Below, one piece after another: positions 9,278 to 19,900 of a DNA stretch of 64,000 nucleotides. Under the pieces are notes generated by a model that searched no databases, was not told the origin of the DNA, and was given only the letters and a program-made list of their open reading frames with translations. Within the stretch, counting starts at the first letter, position 1; each line of letters begins with the position of its first letter. Source of the DNA: Candidatus Krumholzibacteriia bacterium (lineage in GTDB: Bacteria > Krumholzibacteriota > Krumholzibacteriia > JAJRXK01). A program made the translations under genes and the position numbers. The stretch spans positions 51,169-115,168 of the forward strand of contig JBGPIA010000016.1 of NCBI GenBank assembly GCA_041484665.1, read 5' to 3'.

Positions 9278-10453
9278 ATGGATGCGGACGATTTCCGGCC
9301 CGCGTTCGGCTTGGCGAGGAAGCCGCGCACAACTGTCCTTGCCATGATCGCAATCGCTGCTCTTCTAGCCAGCTCCGCCGCGTCGGCACAGGTGCAACCG
9401 CAGGCCACCTCCGATGTGAAAATGCTCATCGAAGACGGCCGCAAGCAACTCCGCGAAGCCCACGCAGCGGGGACGGAAGCGGCCTACCAGGCGGCGGAAG
9501 ACACCTTCGATCGCGCCGTGGCGCTCGACCTGAAGAACGGCCTTCCGCTCGCCTATCGCGGCGCTGCCAAGCTCGAGCGCTCGGGCTGGCTGGCGGCGAA
9601 GGGGAACTTCGACGCCTCCGGGACGTTGCTCGAACAAGCCAGCGCGGATCTGGACCGCGCGGTTGCGCTCAGCCCGGACGATCTGAGCGTCCGCCTGCTG
9701 CGCGGCACGAGCTACGCGGAATTCCCTCCCTTTCTCAAGAAGGGCCCGCTCGCGAGGGAGGATTTCGATGCGGCGGTACGGCATCCGCAATTCGCTGCGC
9801 AGAGCGCCGAAGCCCGCGCGCGCGTCTATCTCATCTCCGGCAAGCTCTTCGCCGCCGCAGGAGAGTCCGACAAAGCGAAGGAGGCGTGGAGCAGCGCGGT
9901 CGCGGCCGGCCCACAGACGACTGCGGGAGCAGCGGCGCAGCAGGAGCTGAAGAAACTCGAGCTTCCAGCGCAGGCAGCCGACTCGCAGGGGCGCCGCCGT
10001 GAGGACCGTTTCCCACAGATCAGCGAAGAAACGACCCCGGTGATCGTCGCCGCCAGCGTGACGCTCCCGGGGCATGTGTTCTCCGACGATCCGAGCACCT
10101 GGCATCCCAAGATGCGCGAATTCCTCGACCACCTGAAGCTCCAGCCCGGTTTGCTCGCCATGCACCGCCTGGCGAGTCTCGACCATCCTGGAATGCTGGT
10201 GATTCTCACCTGGTGGGAGAACAAGCGCGCGCTGAACAACTGGTTCTACAGCGACGTGCACCAGGGCATGATCGATTGGGTCTACGGCGGGCCCGGCGCA
10301 GCGAGTGGAAACGCTTTGGCCGGAGATTTAGGCGAGAGACAGATGAAAGAGGCGGGGCAGGTCGCGATGGAGATCTTCACGACGCTGCCCGGCGGAATCC
10401 AGTATGGCGGCGGCCTGGGCCCCAAGTTGCCGGAACGCCCGCGCTCGCGGTAG
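9278..10453 (+). CDS. Secreted TPR-repeat protein fused to an ABM (antibiotic biosynthesis monooxygenase-like) domain
   Basis: AGGAG before the ATG and a signal-like AIAALLASSAASAQ. TPR-like helices (FDRAVALD, LDRAVALSPDD). C-terminal QPGLL...ILTWWENKRALNNWFYSDVHQ is ABM-like. Confidence 0.65.
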   Translation: MDADDFRPAFGLARKPRTTVLAMIAIAALLASSAASAQVQPQATSDVKMLIEDGRKQLREAHAAGTEAAYQAAEDTFDRAVALDLKNGLPLAYRGAAKLERSGWLAAKGNFDASGTLLEQASADLDRAVALSPDDLSVRLLRGTSYAEFPPFLKKGPLAREDFDAAVRHPQFAAQSAEARARVYLISGKLFAAAGESDKAKEAWSSAVAAGPQTTAGAAAQQELKKLELPAQAADSQGRRREDRFPQISEETTPVIVAASVTLPGHVFSDDPSTWHPKMREFLDHLKLQPGLLAMHRLASLDHPGMLVILTWWENKRALNNWFYSDVHQGMIDWVYGGPGAASGNALAGDLGERQMKEAGQVAMEIFTTLPGGIQYGGGLGPKLPERPRSR

Positions 10454-10557
10454 ACCGCGCATCCTGCGGGTCGAGCGCCGCCGGGACAAGCATCTCGCGC
10501 GCGGCTGCGGCCAGGCAGTACCATCACAGCCCCGACCCTTCTCGTCAGGAGACCCTC

Positions 10558-11901
10558 ATGGGCGCAAGACTCCTGCCTGCCCCCGTGGCCCTGTTGCTCG
10601 GCGTGCTCTGCACGACGGCTACCTCCACGGCCTGGGCCGACTCCATCGACATCCCCGCCGCGCGCGAGTGCTTCCGTGCCGCGCAGAGCGCCTGCTCCCG
10701 CGACGCCGGCCAGCTCTGGGGAGTTTCGCTGTGTGGGCCCATCCTGCTCGTCGACCCGCAAACCCGCGCCCTGGTGGCGAACCAGGCCGACGCACAAGGG
10801 CATCTTACGGCGCGGGACAGCGTGTTCGTGGGCAACCTCCCCAAGGAGGAGGTCATCGCGAACACCGCAGTCACCTGGGCCGGCGTGAAGTGGACGATGG
10901 TGATGTGGCCGCTGCCCGACCGGCCGGCTGCACGGCTGCGCCTGGTGATGCACGAGCTCTTCCACCGCGTTCAGGACGATCTCGGGCTGCCCGCGACGAG
11001 CCCGCCGAACCCGCACCTGGACAGCCACGACGGGCGGCTCTGGCTGCAGTTGGAGTGGAGGGCATTGCGTGCCGCGCTCGCGGCCTCGGGCGATGCCCGC
11101 AGCCACGCGGTCTCCGACGCGCTGCTGTTCCGCGCCTGCCGTCGCGCCAGCTTCCCAGATGCGGCCGCGTCCGAGCGCGCCCTGGAGATGAACGAGGGGC
11201 TCGCGGAGTACACCGGGGCGCGCCTGGCCGCAGCATCCGATGCGGCGCTGGGCGAGGCGGCTGCGCGCGGGGTCGAGCGCGCCGCCGAGCGGCCGAGCTT
11301 CGTGCGCTCGTTTGCCTATGTCTCCGGCCCGCTCTATGGCGCGCTGCTGGACGCGGTGCGGGCCCGTTGGCGCGCGGATCTCACCCCGCAGAAGGATCTC
11401 GGGGAATTACTAGGCGCTGCACTGGGGATCGCGCCTCTGCCAGCGAGGTCTGCTGCCGATCTGGTGGCGCTGGCGACGCCGCGGGCCGCCGCCTACGCTG
11501 GCGACGCCCTCAAGACCGCCGAGGATGCGCGCGAGAAGGACCGGCAGCGGCGCATCGCCGCCTATCGCGCCCGACTGATCGATGGGCCCGTGCTGGTGGT
11601 TCCGATGGGCAAGACTACGCGCTCTGGTTTCGACCCCAACAACGTCATTCCCCTGGAGAAGATGGGCACGATCTACCCGACGTACGATCTGAGCGATGAG
11701 TGGGGCGTCCTGGAGGTTAAGGACGGTGCGCTGACGCTGGGCGACTTTGGCAAGGATGCGCGCGCCCAGGTGGCTGCCCCCGCCGACCCGCAGGCGCGTC
11801 CGCTCCAGGGACCGGGGTGGAAGCTGCAGCTCGCTCCCGGCTGGACGGTCGTGCCAGGGCCGCGCGCCGGGGATTTCCAGCTGGCGAAGAAGAGCGGATA
11901 A
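10558..11901 (+). CDS. Secreted hypothetical protein with HExxH zinc-metallopeptidase-like motif
   Basis: AGGAG RBS, signal peptide ending TAWA-D, MHELFH motif and downstream NEGLAEY (gluzincin-like third ligand). Confidence 0.65.
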   Translation: MGARLLPAPVALLLGVLCTTATSTAWADSIDIPAARECFRAAQSACSRDAGQLWGVSLCGPILLVDPQTRALVANQADAQGHLTARDSVFVGNLPKEEVIANTAVTWAGVKWTMVMWPLPDRPAARLRLVMHELFHRVQDDLGLPATSPPNPHLDSHDGRLWLQLEWRALRAALAASGDARSHAVSDALLFRACRRASFPDAAASERALEMNEGLAEYTGARLAAASDAALGEAAARGVERAAERPSFVRSFAYVSGPLYGALLDAVRARWRADLTPQKDLGELLGAALGIAPLPARSAADLVALATPRAAAYAGDALKTAEDAREKDRQRRIAAYRARLIDGPVLVVPMGKTTRSGFDPNNVIPLEKMGTIYPTYDLSDEWGVLEVKDGALTLGDFGKDARAQVAAPADPQARPLQGPGWKLQLAPGWTVVPGPRAGDFQLAKKSG

Positions 11902-11956
11902 GCCTGCTCCCTGGACGATGCATCCTGCGCCAGCTGGCCGCCTGGCTGGCGCGCCG

Positions 11957-14900
11957 CTAGTCGACTCCCTGCGGCGCCTCCTCTGTTCCCGCGTCCTGCT
12001 CCCAGAAGAACTTCATCCGCGCTCGCGGGTGGTTGCCAACCTCGTCCATGCTCATCGCGTCGAAGGCGCGGCCATTGGCGACTGTCCAGCGTATGCTCTC
12101 CGAGTTGCGGATATCCTCCAGCGGGTTCTTGTCCAGCACCAGGAAGTCGGCGATCTTGCCCTGCTCCAGCGAGCCGATGTCGCCGCTCATGCCCAGGTAG
12201 CGCGCGCCGGCCAGGGTCGAGGAGCGGATGGCCTCCAGCGGGGTCATGCCGCCCTGTTGGAACATCCACATCTCCCAGTGCGCACCCAGACCCTCGCGTT
12301 GCCCGTGGGCGCCCAGTTGCACGCTGACGCCGCTATCAAGCAGTTTCTTCGCCCCTTGGGCGTTCTTGAGGTAGCCGTATTCGTCCTCAGGCGCGCTGAA
12401 AGAGCGGCGTGACCGCTCATCGATGATCTGGCGCGGCACGAAATTGCCCAGGCGCTCGTCCTCCCATACGTGTGTGTGCGCGTACCAGTAGTTCTCGCCC
12501 CAGATGCTCCCGTAGCCCACGATCAAGGTTGGTGTGTAGCCTACCTTGCTCTGGCTCCACAGCTGGACGACGTCGGCGTACAGCGGCGCTACCGGGATGG
12601 AGTGCTCGACGCCGGTGTGGCCGTCCACCACCATCGTCATGTTGTGCTCCCACAGGGAGCCGCCCTCCGGCACCACCATCATGCCCAGCGAGCGTGCCGC
12701 CGCCAGCACCTGCTGGCGCTGATCGCGTCGTGGCTGGTTGTAGCTCTTCACGCTGATCGCGCCCACCGCCTGCATCCGCCGCACGTGCATGATGGCGTCG
12801 CTGAGGCTGTCTACTTCGGCTTTGAAATCGCCTTTGGCGCCGTACAGGATCGTGCCCGTGGAAAAGATGTGCGGCCCCACGATGAGTCCGGCGCGCTGCA
12901 TCTCACTGGCCGAGAAGATCGCCCGCGTGTCGTTGGAGGGGTCGTGGATCGTGGTGACACCGAAGGCCAAGGACGCGTACTGGTTCCAGTTCTGCTGCGG
13001 CTGGATCTGCTCGGTCGCCATGGCGCCGTGCCAGTGCACGTCCACGATGCCGGGCATGATGCTCTTGCCCGCCGCATCGATCACCTTGGCATCCCCGGGA
13101 ACGCTGACGCTGCCCCGCGGCCCGACGGCCACGATGCGGTTGCGGTCGACCACGATGGTGCCGTCCGCGATCACCTCATCGCCTTTCATCGTGATGAGAC
13201 GCGCGCCTACGAACGCCACCTTGCCCGACGGCACGTCGGACGGCTGATCGAAGCCGATGTCCAGGCCGTGCGCCGGCGTCTCCGGCAACTTGTCTGGAGC
13301 GCCGGGGAGGAACGCAAAGCAGTCGGTCAGATCGCGCGAGAACAGCTCCGGGCCCAGCGACCAGTGCAGCGTTTTGCTGTCGCCCGACCAGTGCAGGTTC
13401 TCGCCCGCGTCGTGCGACACGCGAGTGATCGGCACTGCCTTGGCGTCGGGCCCGATGTCCACCGTCCTGCCCGTGCGCACGAAGGGCGTGATGTAGGCGT
13501 TGAACCGTTCGGTGAAGGCGATCCATCGCTCGTCGGGGGAGAGGCGCACGCCGGTGAAGTAGACGCCGTGCAGGTGCGTGCGCTCGTCGCTGCCATCCAG
13601 CTTGACGCTGAAGAGCCTGCGGTCGTCCTGATCGTCGCCGCCCACGTCGATGAGGTGGACGCGATCGCTGGCGGCGCCAAACTGCGGCTGGACTCCCTTG
13701 CGGGTGATGAGCACGGGGTCGGCGCCACCGGCGGCCGGGATCCAGTAGATGCCGCGATCGTGGGAATAGTGCGGCGAGCGCAGGAAGCCGTCGCCGCTGG
13801 CGCGGTAGACGACCTTGGTGCCGTCGGGGGTGAAGGCGGGCTCGACGTAGTGGCCCGGCCTGGTCGTGATCGTGCGCCCCTCGCCGCCCTTGGCTGCGGC
13901 GATGCGCAGAGCGCCCAGCTTGTCGTCGTCCCAGCTGGTGTACACGATCCATTTTCCATCCCGCGAGTAGGACGGGTAGTACTCGAAATGGTCGTGCTGC
14001 TTGGTGAGCCGGTGGGGCGAGCCGTTGGGCAGATCACGCACGTACACGTGGCCGAGCGCCTGGTACAGCACCTGGTGCCCCTTGGGCGAGACCTCCACCC
14101 AGCGCAACATCTTCGTATGGAAGGTCTCGGGCACCGCGGTCACGGGGAAGCGCAGCGCTTCGGCCAGCTGGCGGGTACCGCGCACGTGGAAGGGGATGTC
14201 CGAGAGGTGCTTGCTCGCGACATCGAGGCGGTGGATCTTCCCGCCCGACCAGAACACGATCGACTTGCTGTCGGGGGTCCACGCCATTGCTGGGTAGACG
14301 CCGTGGATCGCCCAGGTCTCCTGCATGTCGCGGTCGAGGCCGTCGTACAGAGCACGTTCAAAGCCCGACTCGACGTCGGTTACGTACAAAACGCTCTTGG
14401 CACGCACCCGGCGAATGAAGGCCAGCGATTTGCCATCGGGTGACGGCGTCGGCCGGACCGAGCCGCCAGGACCGGTGACGAACGGCTGGATGTCCCCGGT
14501 CTCGCGGTCCAGGCGCTCGATGATGTAAATCTGCTTATTGGGGTCCTTGTTGTACTCGAACACCGAGCCTGGCGTCGCGTCGCGGCTGTAGTAGAGGTAA
14601 TGCCCGTCGGGCGAGAACGCCGGCTCGCCGACGTCCTTCTGGTCGTTGGGGCGTTTGGTCATCTGCAGGCCCTCACCGCCGCTGCGGTGGTAGAGCCACA
14701 TCTCTCCGGCGCCGGCCGAGCGCGTCGACGTGAAGTGCTTGCGCGCCACGATGTAGTCGCCCCCGGGCTCCCAGGCAGGACTGTTCAGCAGGCGAAAGCT
14801 CTCCTTCGTCACCTGCTTCGGATCCGATCCATCGCGCTTCATGACCCAGATGTTGTCGCCGCCGGCGCGATCGCTGGTGAATGCGATCCACGCCTCGTCC

Positions 14901-15331
14901 GGGCTGAAACGCGGCTGCCCGTCCCATGCCATTCCGCTGGTGAGCGCCTTCGCCTCTCCGCCCGCCATTGGGATGGAGTAGATGTCGCCCAGCAGATCGA
15001 AGACCAGCTCGTCGCCCTTCGGACTGACGTCCACACTCATCCACGTGCCTTCGTTCACGTCGATGCTGGCATCGTGAAGCTGCGCCCCGGGCGGGTTGGA
15101 TACGTCCCACTTCTTCTTCTCGTCATCCTGCTTGGCGTCCGGCTGGGCCGCCCCCTCGGCCGGTCCCGTGGCCGCCTTTAGAGCAGCGGCGTCAGGGGCG
15201 ACCGAGGTCGGCACCTGGGCGAACGCGGCGCCCTGCATCGCTGCGAAGGACCCCGCGTGGCCGATGGGCGTGCCCAGGAGATCCAGACAGGCGAGCGGGA
15301 CACAGGAGAGCACGACGAGCAGTCGCTTCAC
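11957..15331 (-). CDS. Secreted TolB/PD40 beta-propeller plus amidohydrolase protein
   Basis: PD40 repeats (PRFSPD, PAFSPDG, PTPSPDG). Amidohydrolase motifs MPGIVDVHWH, GVTTIHD, GVEH and GSLEQGKIADFLVL. Confidence 0.9.
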   Translation of the reverse strand: MKRLLVVLSCVPLACLDLLGTPIGHAGSFAAMQGAAFAQVPTSVAPDAAALKAATGPAEGAAQPDAKQDDEKKKWDVSNPPGAQLHDASIDVNEGTWMSVDVSPKGDELVFDLLGDIYSIPMAGGEAKALTSGMAWDGQPRFSPDEAWIAFTSDRAGGDNIWVMKRDGSDPKQVTKESFRLLNSPAWEPGGDYIVARKHFTSTRSAGAGEMWLYHRSGGEGLQMTKRPNDQKDVGEPAFSPDGHYLYYSRDATPGSVFEYNKDPNKQIYIIERLDRETGDIQPFVTGPGGSVRPTPSPDGKSLAFIRRVRAKSVLYVTDVESGFERALYDGLDRDMQETWAIHGVYPAMAWTPDSKSIVFWSGGKIHRLDVASKHLSDIPFHVRGTRQLAEALRFPVTAVPETFHTKMLRWVEVSPKGHQVLYQALGHVYVRDLPNGSPHRLTKQHDHFEYYPSYSRDGKWIVYTSWDDDKLGALRIAAAKGGEGRTITTRPGHYVEPAFTPDGTKVVYRASGDGFLRSPHYSHDRGIYWIPAAGGADPVLITRKGVQPQFGAASDRVHLIDVGGDDQDDRRLFSVKLDGSDERTHLHGVYFTGVRLSPDERWIAFTERFNAYITPFVRTGRTVDIGPDAKAVPITRVSHDAGENLHWSGDSKTLHWSLGPELFSRDLTDCFAFLPGAPDKLPETPAHGLDIGFDQPSDVPSGKVAFVGARLITMKGDEVIADGTIVVDRNRIVAVGPRGSVSVPGDAKVIDAAGKSIMPGIVDVHWHGAMATEQIQPQQNWNQYASLAFGVTTIHDPSNDTRAIFSASEMQRAGLIVGPHIFSTGTILYGAKGDFKAEVDSLSDAIMHVRRMQAVGAISVKSYNQPRRDQRQQVLAAARSLGMMVVPEGGSLWEHNMTMVVDGHTGVEHSIPVAPLYADVVQLWSQSKVGYTPTLIVGYGSIWGENYWYAHTHVWEDERLGNFVPRQIIDERSRRSFSAPEDEYGYLKNAQGAKKLLDSGVSVQLGAHGQREGLGAHWEMWMFQQGGMTPLEAIRSSTLAGARYLGMSGDIGSLEQGKIADFLVLDKNPLEDIRNSESIRWTVANGRAFDAMSMDEVGNHPRARMKFFWEQDAGTEEAPQGVD

Positions 15332-15436
15332 GGCGGGATCCTTTCGCGGTTCGCGGACGGGTGGCGGAGCCGGAAGCTGCGGCCCCCGGCGCACCGGTGC
15401 CGCATGATATCAGAAGACGCCCCGCCGGCCGCCCCT

Positions 15437-16834
15437 TCAGCGCGCGAGGACCATGCTGCGTGCCTCGCTGCGATCGGCCTGGCACAGCCGGTACAGGTAT
15501 CGCCCGGACGGCGCGTCTTCCCCGCCGTCGGTCGTCCCATCCCAGGTGACGGTATAGGAACCGGCCCAGTAGTCCTGGTCAGCCAGCGTGCGTACGGTTC
15601 GCCCCCGCGCGTCGTAGATGCGCAGCGAGACGTTGCCATCCACGGCCACCCGGAACGTGATGCTGGTGCGCGGATTGAACGGATTGGGCACGTTCTGCTC
15701 CAGCATCCGATCCGGGAGCTGCGGCAACGTCCCCTGGGAAGCCACGTCGGTGGAGACGATGGGGAAACCGTTCGCATCGAACTCGCCGAGTGGGAAGGTG
15801 GTCGGATCCGAGCCATCCCACCTGCTCAGCACCGACTGGATCTGCGCGGCCAGCGCCTGGAAATACGGGTCTGCGTTCGCCGCGGCCATGACGCTCTGGA
15901 TCGCAGCCTCCTCCGCCTCGGCGGCGCGTGGATCGCGGGACGCATCTTTCTTGGCCGACATGGGGTAGAAATCGAAGACGGACGAGCCCGAGAGCAGAGA
16001 GTTGTAGGCCTTGATGGTGTGTCGGGGCGCGAGCCCGTTGTCGGTGTAGGGGTTGGTCGTTCCGCCGAACTGCCCCGACACGGTCTCGTAGTACGTTGCA
16101 AGCCTGGAGCCGAACACGTTGTAGATACCCAGCGACCCCTCGATGCTGCCGGGCTTGTCCTTGTTGAGTACGTCGTGGGTGACCGAGCCTGGCGGCGGAG
16201 CGATCTCGACGTACCCGGTCTGGATGCCCGAGACGAGCGTGGTGCCCACGATGACGTCGCCATCGTAGGACTCGCCGTTCCACAGCCCGACGCTCGTCAC
16301 GTCCCCGGACACGCGGATCAGGTCGACATTGAGCTCCAGGTACGTGGAATGGGCGTAGAAGTCCTGGACGGTGTGCAGCGCCTTGCCGAAGTCGATGCAC
16401 GATTGGGCGACCGCGCGACGGACGTTGTCGTTGGGGAAGGGAATCGCCGCGTTGAGCAAGGTCCCGCGCGCGACCCCGATCCGGCTGTTCACTCTGTTGA
16501 TGGAGTCGACGAGGCGATTGTTGTCGAAATGGTCGGGGCTCAAGACGTTCAGCACGTCGCTCGCCGAGGGGGGCGTGCAGAAGACCTGCGCCCAGGTCGG
16601 GCAGTAGCAGTAGTCGGTGCACCCCCACACGTCGGGCCACATGGCCCCGTCCTTCATCAGCGAGAGCACGCTGCCGCTGACGCCCTGCCGGGTGAGCACT
16701 TCGCTGGTCATGTTCACATGGCGGAAGACCTCGAACGCGCGGACCGGGGCGGCCCCGAGCACCAAGGCGCTGGCCAGGGAAATCGCAAGCAGCGGACCGG
16801 CGATCCGGCCCGGGCGGGATGTTGTTGAGAGCAT
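15437..16834 (-). CDS. Secreted HET-C/VWA7-like (Zn-PLC fold) protein with FlgD-Ig C-terminal domain
   Basis: Signal peptide ending VRA-F. Motifs DHFDNN, GKALHTVQDFYAHS and LNKD. Tail is PNPFNP...IYDARGR...WDG...SGRY. Confidence 0.7.
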   Translation of the reverse strand: MLSTTSRPGRIAGPLLAISLASALVLGAAPVRAFEVFRHVNMTSEVLTRQGVSGSVLSLMKDGAMWPDVWGCTDYCYCPTWAQVFCTPPSASDVLNVLSPDHFDNNRLVDSINRVNSRIGVARGTLLNAAIPFPNDNVRRAVAQSCIDFGKALHTVQDFYAHSTYLELNVDLIRVSGDVTSVGLWNGESYDGDVIVGTTLVSGIQTGYVEIAPPPGSVTHDVLNKDKPGSIEGSLGIYNVFGSRLATYYETVSGQFGGTTNPYTDNGLAPRHTIKAYNSLLSGSSVFDFYPMSAKKDASRDPRAAEAEEAAIQSVMAAANADPYFQALAAQIQSVLSRWDGSDPTTFPLGEFDANGFPIVSTDVASQGTLPQLPDRMLEQNVPNPFNPRTSITFRVAVDGNVSLRIYDARGRTVRTLADQDYWAGSYTVTWDGTTDGGEDAPSGRYLYRLCQADRSEARSMVLAR

Positions 16835-16948
16835 CGGTGAACCTGGCGCGGGGGAGAAGGTAGGACGAACGTCGATTTTACGGCAGGCGGCGCGGGCAAG
16901 CAACGGGCTCCCGGGGACGCATTCGGTGATGCGCCTGGTGACGCGCCC

Positions 16949-19900
16949 TCAGTCCGGGGTGATTTCGGCGTACGCCGTCGAGTGCTCCGGGACGGGCACG
17001 GCGTCCCGGCGCGTCCACGGGCGCGTGCCGCGGCCCCGCCCGGCCCGTCCCCCCACCCAGCGTCCAAACGCGGCGAGCCGGCGGCGCGCCAGCGTGACGC
17101 CATCCTCGGCGAGGGTCGCGGTCGTCGGGAGCATGATCGAAGTCAGGACGGTCGAGACCGCCAACCCGCCCATGATCACCAGCGCCATCGAGTAGTAGTA
17201 GACGCCCGCCAGGTTCGGCTTCTGCACCGCCATGGGCGCGAGACCGAATAGGGTCGTCATGGCGGTCATGAGGATCGGGCGCAAGCGCTCGCGCCCGCCC
17301 TTGACCATCGCTTCGTCGCGCGGCATGCCCGCGCGGCGATAGTGGTTGATATGCTCGATCATGACGATGCCGTTGTTCACGACGATGCCGATGAGCAGCA
17401 ACAGCCCGATCGCCGCCGGAGAGTCGAAGTCGGTCTTGGTGAGATAGAGCGTCCAGACCGCCCCGGCCAGCGCGAACGGCAGCGCCACCATCAGCGCCAG
17501 CGCCTGCTGCACCGATTCGAACAGCGCCGCCATCACGACGAACACCAGCATCAGGGCGAGCAGGAGGTTCACGAGAAACTCCTGGGAGCTCTCCTTCTCG
17601 CGCTGTTGCCACTGCCCGAACGTCCACGAGTAGCCCAAGGGCAAGTCCATCGAGTTCATGGCGGCCGTGACCAGCGGTAGGTACTGTTCGCGCGAGCCCT
17701 CTTCGTAGCGCGCGCTCACCCAGACGCTGGTCTTGCGGTTCTCGCGTTGGATGTGGCTGGCGCCCGGGATCTGGCGGAACGAGGCGAGCGACGCCAAAGG
17801 CACCTTCTGCCCGTTCTCCGTCCAGAGCGGCAGGTTGTGGAGCTGCGAGACGCTCGCGGTGCGACGCTCATCAAGCGTCAGGCGCATCTCGCGCTCTCCG
17901 TCCGGGGTGCGGAAGCGCTGCAAGCGCCGGCCGCGGTAGGTCAGGCCAACCACGTCGGCCGCCTGCTGCGGCGTGATGCCGTAGCGCGCCGCCAGATCGC
18001 GGTCCAGCTTGACGTGCAGCTCCTGCTGGCCCTGCTGGCTGCTGGCGGTCGCGTCGATCAGGCCGGGAATTCCCTCCAGCCGCCGCTTCGCCTGGTCGGC
18101 CAGCTCGCCGAGCACCTCGGAGTCCTCACCCACCAGCTGGAACATGACGCGCTTCGCCCGGTCCTGCCGCCACATCTGCCCGGTCTGCTGCACGTCCAGC
18201 TTCACGCCGGGAACCTCGGGCAGCAGGCTGCGCAGGCGGGTACGCACCTTGGCGATGTTCTCGGCGTTGGCCTCCCCTTCGTGCAGGTAGATGCGAGTCA
18301 TCGCGAACTGGTCCCCCCAGAAACTGTAGATGGACCGCGCCATCAGCTCGTTGCGGTGCGGCTCGAGCCACCGCTCGACCTGGGTGACGACCTGCTCCTT
18401 GCGCTGGAGGCTCAGCTCTTCGCTGAAGGTGTAATTGGCCTGGACGAACAGCTCGCTGTTGTTGGCGCCGAAGTTCTTGTCCACCTTCATGAACGGCCAA
18501 ACGGCCGAGGCGATCATCACCAGTCCGGTCGCGGGTGTGATCCAGCGGTGCCGCAGGTTGATCCGCAACAGGGTGGTGTAGCGCCCCTCGATCCAGAGCA
18601 TCAGGCGCCCGCGCGGTCGCGGCGGCGACTTGATCAGCCAGGAGGTCGCCAATGGGATGAGGGTCTGGCTGATGAACAACGACGCCAGCAAGGTGATGCA
18701 AACGGTGATCGCGATCTCCTTGAGGTAGATGTTCATCTCGCTGGGCTTGTTGAAGATCATCGGCAGGAACACGATCACGGAGGCCAGCGTCGAGGCGATC
18801 ACCGCCAGCGACACCTCGCGCGCGCCCGTGCGAGCCGCCTCCACCCGGTCGAGCCCCTCCTCGCGCTTGCGGAAGATGTTCTCGATCACCACGACCGCGT
18901 TGTCGACGAGCATCCCGATTCCGACGATCAGCCCCAGCATGGTCAGGGTGTTGAGGTTCTTGCCCTGCGCCCAGACGATTCCGCAGGCAACCACCAGCGA
19001 GAAGGGGATGCACAAAATGCAGGCCAGCGTGGTCGAGAAGCGCCGCAGGAACAGGAACAGCACAACCGAGGCGAGGATCGCGCCGTAGATCCCCGTGTGC
19101 AGGAGATCGGTGAGGGTCTTGCGGATCTCCTTCCCTTGGCTGAACCAGACCAGGAAGTTGACGCCCTGCAATTCCGGATCGTTGTTCATCTCCGCGATGC
19201 GCTTCTGGAGCGCGTCGCAGACCACCACCGAGTTGGCCTTCGACTCCTCGTTCACGGTGATGCCGATGGCGAAGTCGCCATCGAGGTGCCGGCCGTATTC
19301 CAGCGGTGGCTCCGCATAGACGACGTCCGCCACGTCGCTCAGGCGCAGGCCATCGGCGCGGATGACGAGGTTGCGGATCTGGTCGACGCTCTGGAAGCTC
19401 CCCAGCGCGCGCAGCGCGTAGCGGCTCTCCCCTGCGGTGATCTTGCCCAGCGAGAGATCGGTGTTGCCGCTGACGATCATGCGCGCGACAGCCCGGATAT
19501 CGACCTTGTGCAGCTCGAGGGCGTCGGGCAGCAGATTAATGCGCACCTCGCGTGGTCTGACCCCGTCCAGGCTGACGGTGGCCACCCCCGGGATGCGCTC
19601 CAGCGGTTTGACGATTCGCCGCTCCAACAGCTCCCAGCTCTCGCTCAGATCGCGTTTGCTGCTGAGCCGGCCCTCGAGGATCGGGCGGGAACCGCCCCCT
19701 CCGCCCTCGTCGCCGAGGCCCACCGAGATGTCGCCCAGGTCGTCCGGCAGATCGTTGCGGATGCGGTCGATCTTCTCCCACACCTCGGAGCGCGCGACCT
19801 GCATGTTGGTCGACCAGTCGTATTCCAGCTGGATGTTGCCGCCGTTCTGGTCGCACTGGGAGTAGACGTTGCGCAAGCCCTTCACCGAGCCGAGCGCGTC

